NCBI GenBank assembly: GCA_051047955.1
Contig: JBPGPT010000049.1
Span: 62,001 to 91,683, forward strand
Reading direction: 5' to 3'
From: Cystobasidiomycetes sp. EMM_F5
Taxonomy: Eukaryota
Length of the DNA: 29,683 nucleotides
Made by a program: the position numbers and the translations under genes. Shown piece after piece: positions 1 through 8,674 of the stretch. The notes under the pieces were generated by a model. The model saw only the letters and a list, made by a program, of their open reading frames with translations. It was not told where the DNA came from and searched no databases. How positions within the stretch are numbered: position 1 is the stretch's first letter; the number at the start of each line of letters is the position of its first letter.

Positions 1-337
1 GCATTTTTGCATTCGCCAACAATTTTGAGCCGAGATAGTATTCGGGGTCTGACGCAATGACATCACGTAGCTTCGTTCCGTTTGTAAGAAGGCTCGATGT
101 AAGGATTGTGCTAGGACCGTTCTTGTGCGTACTTCCGAGCCAAATTTCGCCGTATGGCTGACCCTCTTTGATCTTGATGCTCGGGTCAACGAGCTTTGCG
201 TATCTGGCTGCCATCGAAGCACTGCCTTCTCGGCCATATTCAAACGGTTGTAGGTATCCTCGAAGCTCTAGTATAGATGGCCTGCCGACAGTCACGCTCG
301 CCAAGGCTGCTTTTGCGGATGTCAACAAGTCGGACAT
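1..337 (-). CDS. Mannose-6-phosphate isomerase (type I PMI)-like protein, N-terminal part; gene continues beyond the left edge of the window
   Basis: Manual translation from ATG 337 (minus strand) is open to base 1: MSDLLTSAKAALASVTVGRPSILELRGYLQPFEYGREGSASMAARYAKLVDPSIKIKEGQPYGEIWLGSTHKNGPSTILTSSLLTNGTKLRDVIASDPEYYLGSK... This follows the type I PMI N-terminal pattern Q-x-Y-x-W-G-K-x-G-S-x-S...P-Y-A-E-L-W-M-G-T-H-x-x-G-P-S, with substitutions. Confidence 0.85.
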   Translation of the reverse strand, partial: MSDLLTSAKAALASVTVGRPSILELRGYLQPFEYGREGSASMAARYAKLVDPSIKIKEGQPYGEIWLGSTHKNGPSTILTSSLLTNGTKLRDVIASDPEYYLGSKLLANAKM

Positions 338-615
338 ATCGATGGGGACACGCAGTTGTGCTGCTTTCTCTCTCTGTCAGCGGGATTGCTGGATCTCTCA
401 GTATGAAGACAATGGAAAGATTGTCAGAAAGCCATCCTTTGCGAGGCTACAATACGAAATACATTGTTTCGATCAATGCAATGTCGGCATTAACACTGAC
501 AGGTGTCATAGGTGGCAAGTGATCTCCGTCGCGTCGTGGAAATGCCGCATCGTCGCTCTTTGCGAAGAACTGGCGCTCGAGAGGAGAATAGACGTGCCAT
601 GCTCCGTCTGCGCCG

Positions 616-1641
616 TCAGTTGTGTGGTGAGTGATCATATATCGACCGAATGCAGAGATACGGTCCAAGGAGCTGCCCGCAGACCCAGCCAGCGAGTGCG
701 CCGACGAGCACAGGAATTGGCCAAGTCTGCCATGGCATCTCCCAGTCGAGTGGTATAGGCAGTGCCCCGAGCAATGCCCCGAATATTGTCGACCAAGCGT
801 TGCAGACGAGCATGAGCTCAGTGTCTGTCGTGGGACTGGAAGATTGCGTGTTAGGGAGACATCACTGGTTTGCAGCATTATGGGCAACCTGCAAAGACTC
901 ACTTCATAAGGGCAAACAGCCGTGTCCAGGCAGAAGGTGGAGATGGCTTTCCTGGTACTAGCGGTCGTATAACCCATGCGGCTGGACCGAAAGCGAGCAG
1001 AGCGAGGAAGAGTGACAGAAGGCCAGTTTCGAGAAGTTTGCTAGAAGATGTTGAAGCATATCCAGCAGTGTCAGGCCATGGTTGTATGTATGGCTGCCTA
1101 ATAATTGGACTTACCGAGATACGGGAGCGCCAAGACTGATGATGGCCAGAAAGAGCAGCGTCGCGATGAAGAGGATGGCGGTGACGATTTCCCATGCCTG
1201 CTGTGTGGTCGAAGCATTCCTTCAGCAGTCCTCGGTTGCCAGTGCCGCCTCAACGAATGTACTCACCTTTGACCAGACCAGGAGTGGAGGATCATTCGCA
1301 CCCTCTGCGGGCGTTACTCGACCAGACCAGACTGCAAAACGGTAGCCAGTGTAGGTCTGGACAACGGCGAGCCCAGCGCACGACCACACCAGGGCGAGCG
1401 GGGCGTTGACAATGTACGGGTCGAGGATATCGGAGAGCTCTGGGAGGAACGCGGGCACGGAGGAGCGACTGGGGAGGACAACGACGGCGTACGCGACGCT
1501 GAGGAGCTGCGTCACGGCCAGGAGTATCAGCTCGGACGGCCTGGCAGTCTGGCGGAGACGCAGTTTCGACGAGCCCGACGAGCTGGCAGCAGGACGAGAC
1601 GACGAGGTGGACGTTGAGGGGGACATGGATACGGGAGACAT
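616..1641 (-). CDS. GPI11: GPI ethanolamine-phosphate transferase subunit GPI11/PIG-F (4 exons)
   Basis: Exon 1 1641-1267 (alternative ATG 1626), exon 2 1197-1115, then two more exons ending at stop 616. The splice joins give ...LGAPVSRKLLETGLLSLFLALLAF... and the PIG-F signature GALLGALPIPLDWEMPWQTWP. Several hydrophobic segments are present; donors are GTGAGT/GTAAGT. Confidence 0.93.
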
Positions 1642-1784
1642 ATTGAGGTGCTCGGGCTTCCTGACGCGCGTTACAGCCAGGATTTTGCTATCGAGCTGTG
1701 CAAACGACTTGGATGTATGTACTGCCTCGTCCTTGTTGTATATGCAAATGATGATATTGTCTAGCACTACATGAGCCCGGCGCG
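1642..1784. promoter_or_regulatory. Putative bidirectional promoter GPI11 / MOV10-like helicase
   Basis: 143 bp between divergent ATGs; contains CTGACGCGCGT at 1661-1671. Confidence 0.6.
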
Positions 1785-4720
1785 ATGAGTGTTGCTGACG
1801 GCGCTGGACGGGCTCCCTCAGCCTGGCCTGCGAGACGCCCGCTGGCTATCGTGGACCCGAGGACCCGTCAGGCTCACCAGCGTGATGCTGGGCCAGGATA
1901 TCTGACGCAGCGGGTCTCCCAGCCCGCCGCCCGCTTTGACGACGCAGACTTTCCCCCGCTGACTCGCTCCATCCCATCCTCGTCACCCAGCTCTGCCCCG
2001 TCCCCGCCGTCGTCCTCGGATACCATACTGACATCCTTGCCAGGCGGCGACAGCCTCGGTAACGCCCCTTCTCCGCCTCCCAGTCGCAAAGAGTCTCCCC
2101 ATTCCCTCGACCGCTTCGCGCCGGTCTACGTCCCCCAATGGCTGCTCGCCGTCAACGCATATCCTGCCGTCGTCGTCGCACCAGACCCACAGAGCGCGCA
2201 CCGTCAGGACCTCGTCCTGTATGCGTCAAAGTATCTTACAGCGTTTCAGCTCGAGACGCTACGCACTACAGAGGAAGCGGCAGAACGCAGAGTACAGCAG
2301 GCCATCACGACATCTCGCCCGGCCAGACTCGCAAATCTAGATGACCAGCTCGAAACACTCTACGCAGCCAAGATGCTGCGCCTGCAACGCTGGGAGTATG
2401 CGGCCCGTAAGAAAGATATGTCGGCCGCCAGTCTGTACAAGGTATCGCTGAAACCCCTAGACGAGCCGCATCTCTACTTGCTGGAAAATCCATCACTGCG
2501 AGAATCTTTCCCTCTGCTCGAAATCAACGATCATGTTGCTCTCCGTCAACTCAGGAACCTCGTCGAAGTGCCATATATGGGCGTCGAGCTCATGGCATCG
2601 GTACACTCTGTACGGCGCGTGTTGGGTCAAGTTGTATTGCGATGCGAGGAACTGGAAAAATACAAAGACTCGATGCTGTTCAATGCTAACTTCAGACCAT
2701 CGGATCGTCCGTTCTTCGGTACCCATGCTGCTCTTATTCATCTTGATAACCAGCTGCCATCGATTCACGACGCAACATCGTTAAGTCAAGCTTGGCTATT
2801 CCCCACAAGCGTGCATGCGGCCTTGCCGGCGCACAACCACAACAGCGCTCCTGGCAGCTTCTCCGTACAGTTCGTTGACCGTTCATTGAACTTGGAACAA
2901 CAGACTGCCGTCCTTTCTATCGTGACACACCGCCGGCGAATACCCTATCTTATTTCCGGCCCACCAGGTCAGAGTGCTTCCGGAAGCGGCGCAACTCACG
3001 CAGCTGACTCACAGTATGTAGGGACAGGCAAGACGAAGACTCTTATTGAGACAACGTTGCAGATCTTGCAACACTACGACACGCATGTTTTGGTTTGTGG
3101 CGCTTCAAACGCGAGCGCAGACACCCTGGCCTTGCGCCTCGCTGCGCACCTGCGACCTTCCGAAATGCTTCGACTGTGTGACGAAAGTCGAAGTATAGAC
3201 GACATTCGTTCAAGGCTGTTGCCCTACTGCAACATCGTGGACGGCAAATTTCGGTTACCAGATATCCAGTGCGTCTAAGATGTGTGCCGGATTTTTTAGC
3301 GATCTGACACCTTGGAGCCAGGAAATTGCTCAGGTACAAAGTCCTAGTAACCAGTCTGGTGGATGCAAGCGTGCTGACATCAGCTCGAGTCACCAACGCA
3401 AATTTGGCCCACCTGCAAGACGGCTATCCATTATGCCAGTCAAGTGAACGGTATGAGATGTATTGGGCAGACTACTGCCTTGTTGATGAAGCCGGACAAG
3501 CCACAGAGGCGGACATCGCATCTGCGCTAGCCTTCATGCTGCCCGACAAAGACGAGCAGACCGCCTCCGCGCGCAGACTACCACAACTCGTCTTGTGTGG
3601 AGATCCCAATCAGCTAGGACCAACGATCTCATCGGAAGATGCACGTCAATATGAGCTAGATGTGTCACTCTTGCAGAGACTTTTTGAACGTGAGGTCTAT
3701 TCAAAGCATCCCAGGGCCCGTGCGAATCTCCCACCAGCGAAACTGGCGCAATTATTGCCCTCTGACTTAGCTAAGTCGGCGGTCTACTATCCTGATGCAA
3801 TTGATACCACGGTGCCCTTTGCAAACCTCGTCAAGAACTATCGCTCACACTCAATCCTGCTTATGGTGCCGTCTGCCCTGTTCTACAGCGGGACTCTTGA
3901 ACCTTTTGCAAGCGACGATGTTCATCGAACAGCCTTGGGGAAGTGGAGCGCTCTTTCGACTTTGGATGTCCCCCTCCTTGTAGAGCACATCGATGGTCAA
4001 GAAGAGTCATTCCAAGAGATATCGTGGTATAATGATTCCGAGATCGATAAAGTTGTTCAATCCATCAAATCTCTTGTGGCGAGCGGTAGTCACGGTCGAG
4101 TGACAGGGGCGGACATTGCTGTGATTTCTCCCTTCCGCGAACAGATATGGCGCATCAGGTTGGCTCTGAGAGCCATCGGACTCGGTGACATAAACGTCGG
4201 CGACATGTTTGATATGCAAGGACAAGAATCGTAAGTGGCAGTACTGAAGCAACTCTGCGTGAAAATTGAGTGACTGGCTTTCGTGCAGTCGCATCGTCAT
4301 CATTACGACAGTTCGTACATCAATGCGATTTATAGTCAGTGTTCAAACCTGTTGCGTGCCCACACAGGCAATCAGCTAATGCATGCATATATCCAGGACG
4401 ACGACAGGAAGAGGCAGAGAGGCATTTTACTGGAGTCCCGAAGATTCAATGTCGCAATGACGCGTGCCAAGGAGCTTCTACTAGTCTTTGGACACATCCC
4501 GACTTTAGTCCAATGTCCATTTTGGGCCTCGTACGTGAGATTTGCACTAAGGCGTGGAGCGTATCGTGGACCTGCAGCGGAAGATATGGGATTAACAGAT
4601 GATCCAGCAAGTGGCATCAGTCGTTTGGAACATGAGTATGTACTGGCTACGAGCGGAGTGCAGGCAAGTGATGACGGGGAGCTATTGGCGGGCAATGTAG
4701 CGCGCCTAGCCATGGAATGA
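1785..4720 (+). CDS. MOV10/SDE3/Armitage-like UPF1-family (SF1) RNA helicase (5 exons)
   Basis: Introns 2968-3021, 3269-3321, 4231-4288 and 4335-4396. The spliced protein has Walker A ISGPPGTGKTKT, Ia GASNASAD, Walker B VDEAGQATE, III LCGDPNQLGP, LVKNYRSH, VISPFREQ, QGQESR and VI RRFNVAMTRAKELL. DEAGQ, the lack of an Upf1 CH domain and the short C-terminus point to the MOV10/SDE3 branch. Confidence 0.9.
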
Positions 4721-4836
4721 CGTGGTCACTATCCTTCCATTGGCGATCGTCATTAGCACCTTTCGTACTTGCAGAAGCAGGGCTACCACTACACAGCAAG
4801 ATCTGCTCCCTGCGCGTGTTCCCTCCACAGTCTGAA

Positions 4837-6220
4837 TCACATGCGACCTGCACTTTGTCGCTGTAGAGTTATGGAAAGTCAGCGGATCAGCACAGATAGA
4901 GTCGAGATTCAACGAAGACTTACGATAGCCAACACCGTCTGCTTTTGGTCGGGAGGCAGCATGTCGATTTGTTGTTGCGACATGCTGAGGACTTGTTGAA
5001 GAAGGGCTTGCTGTTGTGCATTAGCGACTGGGGGCTGCTGTCCCTGCTGCACAGGGTTTGGTGTACCGTAACCTGCTTGTTGTTGTGGAGGGGGCATCCC
5101 GTAAACAGGTTGAGGCTGAGCCATGGAAGGCGCTGGCTGCTGCATTTGGTTGCCGTACGCGTTCGGCGGTGGGCCATTGTAACTTTGCGGTGCAGCTGGC
5201 TGACGAAAATTGCCTCCTTGCGGTGGAGGACCAGGTGCAAAACCTCCTTGTTGATAACCCTGCTGCTGGTATGGTCCAGAAGCTGGTGGAGGCTGAGACA
5301 TACCACCTGGACCAAAGTTCTGCCCGTAAGGCTGTTGCTGTAGTGGTGGATTTGGACCAAACCCTGGTCCCTGAGCGAGACCTGGGTGCATTGGCTGGAT
5401 TGGATTCTGGGATCCAGCCGAACCGGGTACGACCATTCGCTGTAGGACTGAGGGGTCGACAATGTTCATCATGAGCATGCCTTGAAAAATGGCGTAACAC
5501 AATTGCGGATTTTGTTCGAGTAGTGTCCGGGCTTGGTCGGGTTGTCGAATAACCAGTCCCTTTGAACAGCAGGCAAAGCACATTGAGAGGTCAATGCGAA
5601 ACGAGAGCTGTGAATGAGATGCTCACCTTTAGTTGATGCATGACGTCGAGCAGCTGCGCGGGTGCAACATTTTGCAGGACCTTATGTATTCTTTCTGCTG
5701 GGTTCTCGCCAGGGGGCAAGATTACACCTGGGGGTAAAGGGGGCAGACCATGCTTATCCCTGGCGCCCCTTTGATCTCTGGGAAGGTCCTTGATGTCTGG
5801 TTGAGCGAAATCGACACGAAGCGGTCTCCCGCGAACTTCGGCTACACCGTTCAGATTTCGCACGGCCGAGGCAGCGGTTTCGGTGTCGTAGTATTCGCAG
5901 AAGCCTTACCAACGTGGGTGAATCTTCAGTCTCGATGCGTAGCTCTGGCTGTGGAGGCATTACGCACCGAATCCTTTGGCCTTGTTGCTGTCGCGGTCGA
6001 TAACGTGCCGGAACGAAACGACGGGGCCCGCAACTTCAAAGACACGCTGGACTTCCTGTTCTGTAGCGTCGTAGGGCTGTCAGAAGTGCCAAAAGTCAGC
6101 CGGTTTTCGCATTCAGCTGGGTCCAATTCGCGGCCAGCCAGCCAGCCAGCGTCGTCGTCGTTGTCAGCGTACGAGGTTTCCGACAAAGACGACTCTTGTC
6201 TTGCCCGCATATTCTGCCAT
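4837..6220 (-). CDS. RNA15: mRNA 3'-end cleavage stimulation factor RNA15/CstF-64 (RRM, hinge, C-terminal domain)
   Basis: Spliced [75 protein letters not shown]...RPLRVDFA. Hinge: [10 protein letters not shown]...[30 protein letters not shown]-rich linker leads to the CSTF C-terminal domain [38 protein letters not shown] (last exon 4860-4837). Confidence 0.95.
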
Positions 6221-6364
6221 ATTATTTGTTTCTTGTTCACCGTTTGGCGCAGAGTCAAGAGCAATTCTGCAATCAAATACAGGTTTGCTCTGCTCCAAAC
6301 GGCAAATGAATACAAAAATGAGCGCCGAGCTGGGCACAGACTGAAGTGGAAAGGCATCACGGCC
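6221..6364. promoter_or_regulatory. Putative bidirectional promoter RNA15 / THOC5
   Basis: 144 bp between divergent ATGs. Confidence 0.6.
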
Positions 6365-7241
6365 ATGCAGGTGGACAGCGAGCATGGCCAACAGGCCAGC
6401 TCATCGTTGGCCGCGCCAAAACCATCGGCTGGGCTTCGACAGCTGGCGCTCGAGCTGCACACGCTCAGGACGGCTGGCCAGGACAGCGACGCTGAGGGAA
6501 GGAACGATATTCTCAAACGGGCACTGCCGCTGTTTGCCATGGCCAGGTCTCAGCTCCGTAGCAGCGCAACAGCCAGCCGAATTGACAGGACCCGAATAGC
6601 GGCGACGAGGAGCACGATGGACGCAGCTTTCCTAGCTCTACAGAGCCGCAAGTACGAGATGAACCATCTCTACCGGGAAATCGAAAAGTGCAACGACTAC
6701 GAGTGCGTTGCAGCCGTCATAGCGGAGACGAGGATGCTGGAGGGTTTCGCAACAACGATACTGACACTGACACTGTACACATTCCCACATCCATCGTTCA
6801 ACCTCTGTCCAGCTCGATTTATCAAGATGTGCCGCTCGTTGGCGAGCAGGACTTTGTCGACCACAGCGACGACAAACTCAATGCTGATCCGCATCTTCGA
6901 ATGGTTGCCCGCTTGCGACACGAAGTAGATCAGCGGCAAAAGTGAGTCCACGTTTACAAGGTGTCCCCGGTAGCAGAGCGTAGCTGACAAGGCCGTCTCA
7001 GAGCTCAAGCAGAATTGAAGGCCTTGCTGGCCTCTAAAACCAAAGTCATACGAGAAACTGAAGCACGCAAGGCAAGCCTAGAGCAACTCGAAAAGCAGCT
7101 CGACGACTTTGTCGCTGTAAGTACAGCTATACAAGCACGGAAACGTTTGGGACGACGCGCATCTGGACTGATACGACAACCGTCTTCGGCTTTTATTTAC
7201 AGTCCGCAAAGGCCATACAAGAGAAATTTGCTTTAATGTAG
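6365..7241 (+). CDS. THOC5: THO complex subunit 5 (THOC5/FMIP family), short fungal form (4 exons)
   Basis: ATG 6365; intron 1 is 6703-6812. The motif MDAAFLALQSRKYEMNHLYREIEKCNDYD|SIYQDVPLV..E.F...DPHLRMVARLRHEVDQRQ matches the FmiP/Thoc5 N-terminal domain. A coiled-coil end leads to the last exon 7203-7241. Confidence 0.88.
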
Positions 7242-7482
7242 ATGCGACTGCATATTTCTTACAGTTCCACGAGCAGCCGGGCGATTGCGAGCACGGAATA
7301 GCCGCCCTCTATTAGGCCCAACTAGCCGTGAGGTTTGCCCGTATTCAAACAGCAAATCATGGCATACTCTGGCAACACGCGTAAACCATCAAAATTGCAC
7401 TATAGAAATCAGACAAACCTTCTCGCTACGCTACATCACTGGGTCAACTATCTTCTACCTGCAGTTTGATTCATCGGGATAC

Positions 7483-8453
7483 TTAATCATCAGAGGTCGA
7501 GTTGAGGAGTCGCAGAATGTTCAGGAAGAGATTGATCTGTACCAGAGAGGGATTAAATTCAGTGAAGCTGGCCTGGGCGAGTCTTGTCAAAGACTCACAA
7601 AGTCGAGGTACAGGCTGAGAGAAGCCAGGATGAACTCGTCGGGAGAGCATCGCCGACAGATAATGTACGTCTGTAGTATGGAGGAAAGGCAAGATTAGTG
7701 CATGCCCTGTCTTGATGTAGCAATCCATTCTGGCAATGCCGAAGTCAATCTGCTCACATCGTACAGGACGTATCCCGAGAAGAGCAGCGTGCCAAACGCA
7801 GAGTAGACGAGTTCCATTGTCGAGCCCCAGCCAAAGATGAGGCCAATGAAGCCAGTCGCGAGGAATCCAATCAGTCCTGCGTAGAGGATCCCTGCCATCG
7901 ACGAGAGGTCGTACTTTGTCTGCATTGCAAACAAAGTGAGGGCGGCAAAGACGATGGACGTAATGGCGAGGGCCTTGAGGACGATGCCAGACTGGTAGAG
8001 CGACGTCACAAACCCGACCGAGACTGCCTCGAAGCCGGTAAAGAGGGCGAGAAAGAGGTAATTTTGCGGAAACTGCTGGGCCTTTGCAAAGACAGCAAAC
8101 ATGGACCCAATAGCTCCGACCATGAGGACGAGGAGGACCCACGAGTGCTGGACGACAAACTGCTCTGCGTGAAAGTATCGCATCACAGCTGCGACGCCCG
8201 TCGAGCAAACGAGCTGCGCCAGGAGGATGGTGTAGACTTTGCGGAGGAAGTGCTGGCGTATGTCGATGCTGCACTGGGCCACGTTGACTCCGAGCTTGAA
8301 ATCGTCTTCGATATCGTCCGGATCTGGCGACATCAGCGGCGACGATGCTGAGGGCTCCGGATGATTTTGCGATGGATTGCCTTTGCCGCCGTGCCGTACT
8401 GCCTCATCGTAGGCTGGGGCTGGCTGCGTGTAGCCTTGGTGCGAGCTCGACAT
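7483..8453 (-). CDS. BXI1: Bax inhibitor-1 / TMBIM family membrane protein (BXI1-like, 3 exons)
   Basis: Exons 8453-7758, 7670-7599 and 7536-7483. Motifs IRQHFLRKVYTILLAQL, FPQNYLFLALFT, FAMQTKYD, YVLYD|T and SPDEFILASLSLYLDF|INLFLNILRLL; both TMBIM conserved aspartates are present. Confidence 0.95.
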
Positions 8454-8674
8454 TTGCGCTGCGGTTGCTTGAAGGGAAAGAGGCGTAAGTAAGACAGGTC
8501 GACTTGTAAATCACAATCAAGATCAACGCAAAGTTTACGCACAAGTACATCGAACACACCCTTCCCATTCCTCCTCATATCCCCAGTTTCCCGCTTCCAT
8601 TTCGGACGACTTCGCGATTTATGTATGTATCAGCAACAACACGACTAATTGACTGAATCAGAGACCACCATAAC

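Noticed and set aside
168..977. ORFs 168-758 (+), 447-977 (-) and 650-961 (+)
   Set aside because: They are shadow or off-frame ORFs over the PMI-like and GPI11 exons, with no recognisable motifs.
1642..1767. N-terminal extension of the 1222-1767 ORF (MLDNIIIC...)
   Set aside because: It begins at a non-ATG codon within the shared promoter; ATG 1641 or 1626 is the more plausible GPI11 start.
6135..6166. (GCCA)n and (GTC)n short repeats in RNA15 intron 1
   Set aside because: Only three to four units each; ordinary microsatellite noise.
6243..8594. E2F-like sites TTTGGCGC (6243-6250) and TTTCCCGC (8587-8594) in two promoters
   Set aside because: E2F is reported as absent from Dikarya, and two hits to a degenerate 8-mer are not enough evidence.
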